NCBI GenBank assembly: GCA_964016885.1
Contig: OZ024740.1
Span: 94,240,001-94,304,000, forward strand
Source of the DNA: Eledone cirrhosa
Lineage: Eukaryota
Direction: 5' to 3'
DNA length: 64,000 nucleotides
The notes below the pieces were generated by a model, which saw only the letters and a program-made list of their open reading frames with translations, did not search any database and had not been told where the DNA came from. Every line of letters starts with the position of its first letter. Within the stretch, counting starts at the first letter, position 1. This document shows positions 40,150 through 53,807 of this stretch, piece by piece. A program made the position numbers and the translations under genes.

Positions 40150-40686
40150 GTAACACTCACCAAATAGGCAGATAATACTACCACAACCACACACTATTCA
40201 ACAGGGCAGATAATACAATGGACTGAGAGTTAATGCCACCTCACTCCCACAGTTGAAAGAACTATTTCGGCCGCCGACTTCTGCTTGACCGACCCCATTT
40301 CTCGCGCACGCGCGCTCTGCTGAATACCTTAGCCATTCAAAACAACGAACATCGGAGGACACGTTTCGCACCTTTCCGACAGGGAACCCTAACACCCCCT
40401 CCCTCCCCCGGAAAAAGCCCCCAGTTGATGGATGTGAATTTGAAATATATAGGGACAATTAAATCTCTTCCAAGGTAATTCTATCTCGTGTTATTATTTC
40501 TATCCTCTACGCTCTTTCCTACATTATTCTACACGCTACAGATCTCAACCTACATTCACTTACATCTCTCTCTCCACCAGCGGATCTTGTTACCCGGAGA
40601 TTTACCAATCTGCAATATTGAGGCTTCCAAAACGACCTAAAGAATTATAACTTATTATTCCACAATGCTTCAAGCAAACTTCAATA

Positions 40687-40733
<47 letters not shown>

Positions 40734-40940
40734 GGGGTAACAAATAATAGTTAAATGCAGTCCAGTTATGGTATTCCAGGTAGTGGATGATATTAACGCT
40801 TGGCTTGTTTTGACTCAACAAGACGTTTTCATAGTGATGCTGCGGGTATGCCGTAATTCCTATGTTGTAAACACTTGGAGTAATAATAAATCAGGAAAGA
40901 AGGTTGACATGGTTTGCTATACAAAAAAGGTTTTTAATCC

Positions 40941-41053
40941 CATAGCTGACATTTGTTTCTCTGAACTGGTAGGTCTAGAGATCGCTATTCGCTTATTTTC
41001 GCGTTACTCGATCGCCAATACAAAATTATAACCAGTCAGATCTTCGGAGCATG
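40941..41053 (-). ncRNA. Hammerhead-like motif, long stem II, CCGAAGA core
   Basis: GCT-CCGAAGA-TCTGACTGGT...ACCAGTTCAGA-GAAA-CAAATG-TC-AGC. Confidence 0.6.
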
Positions 41054-41459
41054 CGAGAATGAATAAAATACACAGGCAAGAAAAGAATATACAGGCTACT
41101 ATATGAAGTAGTAATGGCATTCAATTAGAACAATAACAACAATTACAACAATGCTATTAATAAATTATTTAAGGAGACCCTGACATTACTTAGGTGGGGG
41201 GTTTAATGTATCTAACGTTACGGCGTGTAAAACTAGCTGTCATGAGGCAAAAGTAAGCGTTTGGCATGTACAGAGTATCGAAGTGTATATCAATTTTAAA
41301 TTATAAAGATAAGATAGTGTTTACAGTCTTTCTCTTCATCTTCAATAGTATACATGAGTGGGACAACACTGTCAAAGCTAAATAGTTGTTGAGTTAATAC
41401 AGAGGTTAACGAAGTAATATACGCATATATTTACGCACACACACGCGCACACACACACA

Positions 41460-41540
<81 letters not shown>

Positions 41541-41541
41541 G

Positions 41542-41591
<50 letters not shown>

Positions 41592-42416
41592 CATGCATGT
41601 GTACATAGACACATACATACACATCAATATACACTCGTACAAAAATATACATACATGCAAAGAGATAAGCGTGCTAATTGGAATTATGGCAAAAGGAAGG
41701 TAAAGTTACATTGTAGTAGTGATTTGAGAAAAACTAGGATTTAGGATCAAATGATGGCAGCAGCTGAGAAGGAATAAGTTCGTGGGTAAATGAGGTACTT
41801 ACAGACAATTGTGTGGTATAGACTTGTGAAGGAAATAGTATACTTAATGAATATATTTCTGTGGGTAGTAGGTATCCTAATTTAAAGCTATGTTATGTTG
41901 GTTCGATTCACGGAGGTTTGAATCTTATGAATTTAGTGGCAATTCTATGTCTGCTTATTGTTAAGTAGCCTTTTACATTTTTGAGGATATACAATACCTC
42001 AAGATCACATAGTCCGCAGTGGGACATCCCTGTACTATAGGTTTTAGCAGCCGACAACTTCGACCAGTTGATACTGTAGTTAGTGTTGCTGTCCTTCAAT
42101 TCCCATTTTTTTGGAGAGGGTTGTGGAACCCATAAGTGCACGGTTTTTCATTGAGTGTCTATGCACATACCATATTTTTTTAAAAGAACCGCGGTGCATC
42201 CTATGTAATTCCAGGTGGGGTTACCCGAGATGACCGTGCACATGTACACCAGGCTCGAATCGAGACATCTGTTCGCCAATGTAATGTCAGGGTCTCCTTA
42301 AATAATTTATTAATAGCATTGTTGTAATTGTTGTTATTGTTCTAATTGAATGCCATTACTACTTCATATAGTAGCCTGTATATTCTTTTCTTGCCTGTGT
42401 ATTTTATTCATTCTCG

Positions 42417-42530
42417 CATGCTCCGAAGATCTGACTGGTTATAATTTTGTATTGGCGATCGAGTAACGCGAAAATAAGCGAATATCGATCTCTAGACCTA
42501 CCAGTTCAGAGAAACAAATGTCAGCTATGA
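42417..42530 (+). ncRNA. Hammerhead-like motif (inverted copy)
   Basis: Same motif as 40941-41053. Confidence 0.6.
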
Positions 42531-42581
42531 GATTAAAAACCTTTTTTGTATAGCAAACCATGTCAACCTTCTTTCCTGATT

Positions 42582-42612
<31 letters not shown>

Positions 42613-42849
42613 GGATAACAAGATATCGTAATAGGTAATCTGATTAGAGGTTGTGAATAATTCTTATCATGGATAGTCTTAGCGTACCGCGTTGTATGAC
42701 TCAACAAGTGCTTTACGTGGATGACGAGTTTATGATTTCACTTGTATTCCTATGTAACTTTTATGATTTCACTTGTATTCCTATGTAAGTAATACAATTG
42801 AAAAAGTGGAGAAAAACATGGTCAGCAGTACAAAAAATAAGATTTATTT

Positions 42850-42956
42850 AGTCTAACAATTGTTTCACTGATATAGTTGTCTAAACATTGCTAAACACTG
42901 GAAGTAGTGCCATTCAATTTAAAATATATGTTATCCTCAGCATATGCTCAGAGACT
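42850..42956 (-). ncRNA. Hammerhead motif (core decayed to CTGAGCA)
   Basis: AGTCT-CTGAGCA-long stem II-GAAA-CAATTG-TT-AGACT. Confidence 0.55.
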
Positions 42957-45900
42957 GAGAGAAAATATAAATATATGCGTAACCGACAAATTTACAAATT
43001 CAAATTACCACATCAATAATAATAGTAATAATAAAGTATAGAGAAAAAAGAAGAAGGAGTATAGATAAAGTAAAGATAGAAAGGAAGGGAAGGGAAGGAG
43101 AAAGACGAAAGAGAAAATATAATTATATGCGTAACCGATTTACAGATTCAAATTAACACATCAATAATGATATTAATAATAAAGATATAGAGAGAAATAG
43201 GAAGGGGGATAAATGTAGTAAAGAAAGAAAGGAAGGGAAGAAGAGAGACGAAGAAGGAAAGAGAAACAGAGATAGAGGAAGACGAAGAATGAAAAAGAGA
43301 AAGTTAAGAAGAAGAGGAGATAATTATTACAGTTAAAAAACACAAGTAGGATAGAAAGAAAAATAAAGTCGGACAGACAGACGATTGTGATAGATAACTA
43401 CAAGTAGAAATAAGATGGAGGGAAGAAGGTAGAGGGGCAAATAGATGAATAAACGTTAATATAAGAATAAATGTAAGTAAAAATAAAGATAGATGCATAG
43501 AAATATATGAGGAAATGAATGAAAAATATATAAAAATATACTTTAAAAAAAATTGATAGATAAATAAATAAGTAAATAAATAAATACATAAATAAATGAA
43601 TGAATAAATAAATAAGTAAATAGATAAATAAATAAATAAATTACATCTAATGCACTATAAAAAATGGTATAATATGTGAAAAGTGTAGATGAAAATAAAT
43701 AAATAAATGTTTAAAAAAGTACGGAGAATCTTTAAACATGTTAAGATTATTGTGAATAGTTTTGATAATTGTTAAATATATGGATAGGTATTAAGTTGAA
43801 TATGTGATAATGTTGAATACATTTATGTGTGTATTGGTTATTTTAATAAGTAAATTATCTAGTTCAAGATATATTACATGATAAGATAAAATGACCGAGT
43901 TGAAACAAGTTTAGGTAGAGAAATGCAAAGATAAAAAGTGAAAGATAGAGATATATAAAACAAAAATAATGTAAATAGAGAGATTTTGATGCTGTTCTTT
44001 GGTAATTATAATGGTGAAGATGCAGCTGAAATGTGATATCGTAGTAGATCCGAATGGAATAATCATGGTTATGGAAAAGATAAGATGGAATTAAGTTGGT
44101 CTAAAGTTCTCGAATTTCGTTGCTGATTTATGCCGACAAAAAATAATTCGTTCAATTCCACTTTTAAGAAGGATTTGCCGAAATTTAGAATTTGGAAAAG
44201 TTCCATATTACAGAGACTGCAGTAGGACATACCAATTTGATAGGCCCTTGCTTTTGACAGTTTTCACCAGCTGATCTCATATTCTATTTTTACCTACTGA
44301 GTTGCCAGATTTTATTGGCGAGAGTTGTTGTATTCGAGAGATTCTTGTTAATCATAGAACGTATGTGTACATACCACCTTTTCGTAAATACACCAGCTGT
44401 GGAACCAATGTAATACTATGTCAAGCTACCTGAATTTATAGTACATATGTATACTATATTTGTCTCTAGGCATCTGTTTTGTAAAGGGCATTTGTCAGGT
44501 AGCTGGCAGTTAGATTTAGATGTAATATGCTTATGTTCTGTATTTGGTGTTACGGTACTTATTTGCGGGCTACTTGAATTATAAATTATTTTATAGTTAA
44601 TTTTATGAATGTGCGATTCTATGTTGTAGACATTGGAGTACAAGAAAGGTAATGGTAGCTTAGTTATTATAGATGAGTTACGTAGTTTCTATTTCTGGAT
44701 CTTCTATTGTTATTAGTGGTTTTTATATTAGCATTCTGTTCATTTAAATTACGTGTTTGCTGCCAATATCTATGTTTAGTCCTAGGTTTGTTGTTTCTAA
44801 AGGTGTGTGATAGTATTATTAACATAAAGTGTGTTGCTATTTGTTGTATCTGGTATGTATTTGAGTCGCTCTTTATGGCCTGCCTTAAGTAAAGCTATGT
44901 TCTAGTAGTTAGCGTGTTCGTTAAAAATGTCCAGGTTAGAGGATAGGCGCAATGTTCTAATGGATACACTATGTGCTATGGATTTAATTATGGATCTAGG
45001 GTTGTTAGAATTATAATCAATGTAAGCTAAATGTTCATTATTCTTATGGAAGTGTTCTATAAGTCCTGTGTTAAGGTTGAACGATACATCCAATAAGTTG
45101 ACTATTTTAGAGTTGGGTTCAAAAGTAAATCATTTTTTTATCTTTTTCCTTAATCTTTCTAAGTTTTTATTATTTAAGATTCTATCCAAAAGTAGTGTAT
45201 CGTTTCTATAGATTCCTCCTTGTAGGTTATCAAATTCTCTATGTAAGAAGTGTGCTATATGAATTCCAACCGAGTCTGTGATTTGGGCTGAGTCATTTGA
45301 TCCGATAGTTATATCGAAGATATTCTGTCCATTTTTACGCTTCCAGTAGCTATATTCGAATTTAACGATTGTTCTTCTAACGGATAGTATTATTTTAATT
45401 TCATCTGGTGAAAGATCAGAGTTTTTTGTGCAAAGGATAGAGCCTTATTAAGGGTGACTGGGGAAATACAAGAGTAGTAGTCATTTAAGTCAAATTGTAT
45501 ATAGTCGGAGGATTCTCTATTTTCTAATGTATTAACCCAATCTATTGCTTTATTAGTGTTACCCCAGAGCTTGATTATTAGTTGTTCTTTAATTTGTGGT
45601 ATTATTCTATCTAGTATAATTCTGCCTATATCTGATTTTGATGGACATATTAATCTAATAGTAGGGTTAGTTTCGAAGTTAGATTTATGATCCTTCAGAA
45701 TAAAAGTGGTTTCACAAGGAGTTAGAGGTTCGGTTCTATCGGATATTTTAAGTTTGTTTACTATGTTAAGGCCTTCTTTGTTAATGCTATTGAGTGCAGA
45801 CGCTGAAGTTTCCATGTAATGTTTATGTAATTCCCGGCGTATAAAGTTGTTGTATGTGTTAAGGCTCATGGTGTATACATTAGATGTTTTGTCTGCCTTT

Positions 45901-46668
45901 ATTATGATACCATTGGTAGTACTTAATTGTTTCATAAGTGTATTGATGTTATTTTGCAATTTGTTGTGATGCGTTCGTTTTTTTAATTTAAATTATGTTA
46001 TCATGTTCGTGAGAGCAAGTTCAAAGGCATCAAGTTGTGGGTTGCCTGGTGGATTTTTGCAGGATCTAAGCCCATATTTTACACTGGTAGATCCGTTATT
46101 TCTACCACTATTATTATGTCCTTTATCGTAATGATATGCTTTCCATCTGATTCTACGGATAAAGTCATTACATATTTGTATCATACCGAGCATATATTCC
46201 TTATTTGTAGGAATAGGTATATTTTTTAAAGACATTCCTATATAGTCATTTTCCATGTTAGTGCCGTGCGATAAATTGGTTGCTCAACCTAATGGGAGCT
46301 TTGTATAGAGGATAACAAGATAACGTAATAGTTAATCCGATTACAGGTTGTGAATACTTCTTATCATGGATAGTTTTAGCGTACGGCGTTGTAAGACTCA
46401 ACAAGAGATTTACGTGGATGACGAGTTTATAAGTTCACTTGTATTCCTATGTAAATTTATCTTTACTCCATTTATCCCTCTTCCTTTTTTCTCTCTATAT
46501 CTTTATTATTAATATTATTGTTGATGTGTTAATTTGAATCTGTAAATTTGCCGGTTACGCATATATTAATATTTTCTCTTTCGTCTTTCTTCTTCCCTTT
46601 CTTTCTATCTTTACTTTATCTATCCCCCTTCCTTTTTATTCGGTTACGCATATATTTATATTTTCTAT

Positions 46669-46777
46669 CATTCTCTGAGGACATTATGGATATAACATGT
46701 ATCTTAATCTGAGTGGCACTACTTTCAGTGTTTAGCAACTCTTAGAAAACTCTATCAGTGAAACAATTGTTAGAATG
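46669..46777 (+). ncRNA. Type I hammerhead ribozyme, long stem II
   Basis: CATTCT-CTGAGGA-...TCAGT-GAAA-CAATTG-TT-AGAATG. Confidence 0.72.
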
Positions 46778-46839
46778 TAAATAAATCTCCTTTTTTGTAC
46801 TGTTGACCATGTTATTCGCCACTTTTTCAATGTTATATT

Positions 46840-47018
<179 letters not shown>

Positions 47019-47106
47019 CGTATTAGGATTGGTGCGCTGAAATAGCGATATGTACATGAATGTATGCAGAGTATATTTGGCAATGTATATTTGGTAATAT
47101 ATAGTC

Positions 47107-47139
<33 letters not shown>

Positions 47140-47141
47140 TA

Positions 47142-47846
47142 TATAAATGAAAAGTAAAGACATTATTGTAGCAAGAAGCCAACAGTATTCCATAATATAT
47201 AAGTCAAAATGGGAAAATAGTTAACGTAAGATGTGGGAAAAATAATTCAAACTAAATTCAAAAAGTATCAGGATGTAGATTCATACAACAGAATTTAGTG
47301 AAATACAGGGAAACATCAATAGAGCCTTAACTCATGATAAAATAAAGTCTAAACTACTCATCCTTCAATTTGGAACAACTACAAATGCTCTGTATAGTCT
47401 TGAAAATACTATTTCACGAAAACTTTCAGTGGGGATGGTCACGGTTGGAATTCCCTCAACAAGATAGCCAAAATTTCACTGATTATAATATGCCAAAAAC
47501 GGAATTTAAAAGTAGGCTAGTTTAACATCATGCGTGATTATGAAAATAAAACGCACATGTGGAAAAAGGTCTGGTGACGTCAGAATGATACGAATCTTTG
47601 TTTACATGAAACAACAGTCAAAAACATTACGAAAAAAACTATACAATAATGATTTCAGCAAAAAGCAATATTATCGAGGTTTTTAAAAAAGAAAGACCGG
47701 GATTAGTTACAAATAATTTAAGCACTCTAGGAAAGATATCCGAGTATAAATATAAATGAAAAGTATAGAAATTATTGTAGCAAGAAACCTTCAGTAATCC
47801 ATAATATATAAGTGACTATAGCGTCAAAATGGGAAAATAGTTAACA
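47142..47846. repeat. About 85-95 bp diverged direct repeat, period about 610 bp, between TA tracts
   Basis: TATAAATGAAAAGTA.AGA.ATTATTGTAGCAAGAA...GTCAAAATGGGAAAATAGTTAAC at 47142 and 47751. Confidence 0.8.
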
Positions 47847-47853
47847 TATATAC

Positions 47854-47971
<118 letters not shown>

Positions 47972-48031
47972 TGATATATATTCATATATATATGTATATA
48001 TATATATGAATATATATCAATATATATATAC

Positions 48032-48092
<61 letters not shown>

Positions 48093-48111
48093 GTTAACTA
48101 TTTACATATAT

Positions 48112-48165
<54 letters not shown>

Positions 48166-48544
48166 CTCTTTTTATAACGACTTTTGTTGTTTAGTTATTC
48201 TTTATTAAGGGACCAATCGAACATCATTGCAAACAAATATTTCATGTGATAGACATCTGATATTATGGATATTTGTTTTCTAGTCATATATTTAGGGATA
48301 TGTGGTTCAAAATACAGGATAACTATTCAGCAATGAAATCACTTGTATAACAAGGATTTCACACCTTAGAGTTATTGTGAGAGTTAGTTGACGGAATAAA
48401 CGTATAAGTTGACGTTTATAAGATGTTATATGTTTCTGATATTCGTGGGTAAACAGGTAACATATATCCCATTCGACCTGTGTGTGTAGACACATAATAC
48501 CGCAGATGGCTTATGAGCTGAGAGAATATAATGATTTCTCGTAT

Positions 48545-48640
48545 AGGTTTCAAGGCCAGTAATTTGGGGGAGGGGAGAGTCGATTAAACCATCATAGTAC
48601 GTTACTGATGCTTTATTTTATCGACTCCGAATGGATGAAA
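48545..48640 (-). mobile_element. SINE fragment
   Basis: Reverse of the same SINE core (TTTCATCC.TTCGGAGTCGATAAAATAAAG..CAGT). Confidence 0.55.
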
Positions 48641-51600
48641 CGTCTAATGCGCGAGAATAATTTATTCATAATTTATGAAATCTATGAGTGTGAAACTTAA
48701 AATTAAAGTGGGTTTTGCACGTGTGGCTGTGAAATATATTTGACCGGGGTAGTTTAATCCAATTGATAATATATATTTTATATTGTAAAATGGTTTTCAA
48801 AATGTAGACCTTTGAAAATTCTGTTTAACACTGATTTATTAATTTCATCACTATTTACGGAAACCATATATCTTCACGGCGGTGATATTAATACTTGTTC
48901 TGCAACAATGCCCATTTTCTTTTAAAGGGGTCCCTTTTTCCTGTACTTCCCATTATTCTCTCACTAAATCGCTGATTTTATATTAAGCATTTTGCCTATA
49001 ATTGCGAGCACAAATACAGACTCAGGAAAAAATCATGCAACAAACAAAGACTCAGGAAAAAAACATGCAACCATCCAGCGAACCGCAATCGGTTTGTCCT
49101 TCTTATAACTCTGCTTTAGTAAAGGGCTCTTCTTTATCAACATGATTTGCTGGCAAAAACATATCCACATATATACGTGGCATAACTAGAAATCAAGGAA
49201 AAGTGAGTAAGTGATCATTATATTGCCTCTGACCTTACGATTCTGTGTTTCATATTCGTGTGAAAATAGGATTTATGCTGTTAATTGATCACCATAAAGT
49301 TATGTTCTGTATGGGACAAATTAAAATCAAAGAGGCCAACAAAGTGTGGACGTCCTTTTACAGGATAAAGAGAGATCTGTCTGATAAGGATATGCGGATA
49401 CTATTGACGGCAACTTCAATGGACCTTTAAAGAAGCTAACGAATTTAAATGATGGAAATGAAAGTGTTTGTTAAATGGTGAGTTTGAAATATACTTGGGG
49501 CTGAGCTGGGTGGCAAGCAGAATATGTGGAAATTCCAGTCGGCTATAAATGACATATATGGAACGGAGGGTTACAAGCCATGTCTTGAATTTTCTTTATT
49601 GTACTCCTGATACATACACGAACGAAATATCCCAACAGTGAAATTGGAAGTCTTTGGATTTAAGCTTGAATCCAACTTTTATTTCTGTAAAATTGACAGA
49701 CTGGTAGACTGCCCGTTCAATTTGAAAGAAGGATTACCCCTACATCCCTAGTATCAGGAATGTGTATTTACTGATGTATATGAGGTGCATTTAAGGAAAA
49801 CATTTATAGTTCGGAGGCTGAAATCACGAGAGGAATTAAAGCTCTTAAACGTGATAAGGCCACTGGGATAGATGAAATTTGGTGTCCAATGTAAAAACCT
49901 TTAATATAGAATTTATGCTTTGGCTGTTTCGAGTGTGCTGGATATCATTGAAGGTGGTGAAAATTGTCTATCAGCTATAACAATATGAACCATGACACCC
50001 CCACTGCTGCTGTTATTCTTGTTAGTGTTGGCGTTGTTGCAATTGTTGCTGCCGTCTTTTGCTGTTGTTATTACCTATGGCAAAGTTGAACACATAGCCG
50101 CTACTGGTGTCGTTGTTCTTGTTTCTTTTGGTAATAGACCGCACCAGATCTATTCACGAATGCATATATATATATATAACGCTACGGTGTGGGATGCCTC
50201 GGATATGTAAATTTGCTAATTGTATTAACAATTCTGTGAATATGGTCGATGCTTGATTGAGTTTATTAACATAGATATAGATATAGATCAAAGTGCATCT
50301 GTAATGTATATGCACCGGTCGACATTCCATTAGGGTATTAAATATGAAATTCGTTGAAAGAAAGCTAATATGTATAGGTTATGGTTAGTGTTATGGTTAG
50401 GGTTAAAGTTAGGGTTACTCTCGTCCCATACAAAAGCACACATTCCACGCTCTCATATGCCCCATTCAAGTTTTACATTACTATTTTACGTTGAAGTCTC
50501 ATTCTAGTTCGTCCAACAGAGAGGCTGCACTAATTGCTCTTATGGCATTTTAATCGGAAACGAAATCGTTTTTGGTATATTTAAGCTCTCGTATGATTGT
50601 AAAGAACCAGCTCACATTTAGCTGACAGTAGGGAAGTCACCTTTGCTGTTTGGATGTTATAAGATTACTCACGTTTGAATGTAATTTAAGTTCCCAGAAC
50701 GTAGAATTCGGCAGTGCATCATAATATTTTCCTAACTATACTGCATAACGTTCTAACGTAATTTATTTTCTTCCAACCACAAATGAAATCAACAATAGCG
50801 ATATTTTTCACACTGCATTACAAAGAATTATTATCGCACATTTGTTTAAATATATCTGAATATATTAAACAGGGTGTTCTCATGAAAGGTATATTAGGTC
50901 TCCTTGCGAATGGTCTGCCTTAACATGGCAATTATTGCATTCCTAAATCTCACTACCATCTTGAAGATCACAACATATTCCTTTATTCTACATAGTCCAG
51001 ATTATTCAGACAATGAAATGCTCTTAGAATGTTCGAGATCGATAAACATACGTACATTGTTGAGATCGTACTTCAAAAGAATCTTTAATTCATACAGTTT
51101 CTAAGTTTTCATTATTTTCCTTCGATTTGTTTATATTAATAATCAATGTTCTCTTGTTTCTTTCTGCGTAACCAGGCAATCAAGCGCAAGATATTTCTGG
51201 AGTCATAGCTAATTTGGGGAAATATAAAATTAATCATTATTCATCCACCCCAACGAGAACGTCCTAGCTGCTCTTCATCTCAAGCATCTTGACCTGCCTG
51301 AAGTAGTGAGAACCTTATCACAACCAGATCCTCACTTGCACTTTTTGGCATCAGGAGGAGACACCATATTTACCGTTAAGTCTTCCCTCTAAGCAGTAGC
51401 AGAGGTATTGATGGTCTCCTACCTGGCCACATTACAGAGTTTATATCACACCTATCTTTCGGAGCTGTGTGCCACCTTCAAAATCAGCGTATCTAGTGTG
51501 TGTGACGGGGCCGCCCATGCAAATAGGATGTTCTTTAACAGCTGCCAACCGGAACAGGCATCAAGCCTGAGATGGAGAATGCATTTAACTGCCTGCACAG

Positions 51601-52914
51601 TGACAATCTGCTCCGCATTCGCCTAAGCCGATCTCCTCTCCTAAAATCGGTCCCTAATGACGTGAAGTGATTATATTTTTTAATATCTTTTAACATAAAA
51701 GCAGAACGGTCGATTCCGGGAAATGAACATGGATAAACATCACCTCCGCATTATATTAATAGAAACACGTATTCCTAACCACAAAGTTGAGTAAAGGTCG
51801 GTTTCAAACCCAGAACGTCGATATGACGGCGATCATAATAGTTTCATGGTTGTAAATAATCTAGAGCACCCTTCTTCCTGCACAGGAAAAGCGTTTGTCG
51901 AAGAGGTATTACAAAACAGTTTGTTTAGATGTTTTGTACTGATAAATGAGCTTGAAAAAAATGAAATATAATTACCTTCTCTATGACAGAATGCGGCACT
52001 CTGTACGGAAATTGAACTCACAACATAACAAGCATGAGCATAATAAGTAGGAAATGTGATGTAAAGCTCTGTACGGAAGAACACCAGACAATAATATCAG
52101 ATGCATATTCTCTATTAGATTCTATGGAATCCCGTTATTTAACATTACCTCGACGTGAGACATTTTACGTTTCTTCTAGATAATTTACTTTCGCCAATAT
52201 AGTTGCAATTATATCCTAGCAATAATCATTTATGCACGTTGAATAAAACTAACCTATTTCATATTTAATTGTTCAAATGAATATGATTTTTCCCTACCAA
52301 CTGTCGTTTAAAATTGTACATATAACTAATGACTTTAATATGTAGGCCATTAGTGAAGGTCTATATAAATAGGACAGGTGCATCAACTTTCTTCAATTGC
52401 TGCGGAAATCAGTATTATTTGTAATATAATGGTAAGAGTAGAGAAACTGAAAACCTGTAACATCAGCATGCAGGTCAATGGAGGAGAAATATATTTCAAT
52501 ATTTAGGTTTATTAATTAGCAATAATGTGTAATTTGCTAATCAATTGTAATAAAAATAAATATGGTAAAAATAAAGCAGCCGTTTCACCCCGTGAGATTA
52601 ATTGTATTGACATATTCTTTCATAGATAATATCTCAAATTATTTTGGGATAACGGTAAGGCTTATGCGTATCACTAATAGTAAATGTAAAACAAATGGAT
52701 ATATGTTTTAATTAGTGATGAAACGGATTATTAGTTAAACTATTTGAACATACATGTTTTGCTATTCATAATACTCAGACGCACGCAAATACACACGGTC
52801 TCACATACAAATATATACATGCATACAAAATACATACATATATACATACATATATTCCGTGATTGATCAGTCCAAGTTAAGAACCATATCAATCACGCTC
52901 GACTCCTGGTTTAC

Positions 52915-53110
52915 TTATGATGGGTGATATCTGCGTACATATCCCCTTCCCATTCAATGGAGGTAGATCCCTCATCTGGGACACGTTCTCCGCCTCCAAA
53001 TTTGTCGCTCCGGCTACAAACCCAAGTATCGCGGCCTGCTTCCAAGACGAATGTGAAATAAACATATACCATGTTTCGCCCGGCCTCTTCCTCTTCGCGT
53101 CTTGTCACTG
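52915..53110 (+). mobile_element. Possible CRE/R2-type restriction-like endonuclease relic
   Basis: PFNGGRSLIWD resembles PW..G+.L.WD of RLE-bearing LINEs; single motif only. Confidence 0.3.
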
Positions 53111-53807
53111 GGGTGCAGCCCTCTTTCCTTAGGCCCAATCACCTCCCCTTTCACCCCTCGCCTCTCTTCTGCAACACCAGAGCTCTCGCCATCCCCTACA
53201 CTTCCGGTTCTTTTTCTTCTTTCTTTCTCTCTTTGTTTCTCTCTATATTTCCCTATTCTTTCTTCCCTTTTGTTTCCCCCTTTTCTTATTGCCTCTTACT
53301 AAATGTACTACCATTTCTCATTCAGTTGAGGTGTTATGTTGTTCTTTGATTTGATTGATTGGTTGCCCTGAGAATAGAGTAGAGAAGAAAAGGGAAAAGG
53401 GAGATGAAAAAAGAGAAGTAAGAGAAAGAGTAAGAAAAGGAAAGAGGGGGATGAAGAATAGGAAGAATGTAAAGCAGAAAAAGACGAAGCAGAATTGGGT
53501 GATGAGTAATATTAAGCTTATCTAATAGTGGACAGAGCAGAACAGGGGTAAGGAGATGGAGATAGAAAGTAAGAGGTAATGGATAATTGATAGCAAGAAG
53601 AGATACAAATAAATGGGAGGAATGAGAATAAGGAAAACAATAGAAGAGAAAAGTTGGGGTTGTAGCAGGTTGATAATGCCGGACATAATAATATAAAGAC
53701 AAATAGCAAGATAAAAGAGTCTGCTCAGCCTCAACACCACGGTGTCATAGAGGCCTAGAGCTCAACGCCCATCCCCACCCCTCTCCCATTAATCCGTGAC
53801 CCTAGAG

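Larger units (their letters stand above)
37518..40690 (+). mobile_element. 5'-truncated PLE with inverted pseudo-LTR
   Basis: PSDKG motif at about 38290, RT ORF, GIY-YIG ORF; diverged inverted arms 37518-38233 and 39846-40646. Confidence 0.9.
40735..42587 (-). mobile_element. Short PLE (Naiad-like) remnant with inverted pseudo-LTR
   Basis: Degenerate GIY-YIG 41908-42280 (CLDSSLVYMCTV..YIGCT; CGLCDLE); inverted repeat 40884-41188 / 42281-42587. Confidence 0.8.
42612..46835 (-). mobile_element. Near full-length degenerate PLE (Naiad-like) with direct and inverted terminal repeats
   Basis: SLKNIPIP..IRRIRWKAY (45993-46256), KADKT, LKDHK..RLI.P.KS, QFD (45390-45959), GIYRND, DVSFNL, GIY-YIG 44100-44640; direct repeat 42612-42757 / 46309-46454; inverted repeat 42790-43230 / 46455-46835. 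Confidence 0.9.

Noticed and set aside
40560-40650. Hammerhead in the pseudo-LTR of the 37518-40690 PLE
   Set aside because: No intact core found in either arm
49825-49885. IKALKRDKATGIDEI LINE RT-like peptide
   Set aside because: Single short motif; extent cannot be defined
50376-50417. TTAGGG-like telomeric repeats
   Set aside because: Only a few degenerate units
51170-51660. GC-richer segment as a possible host exon
   Set aside because: No recognisable protein motif or convincing splice structure
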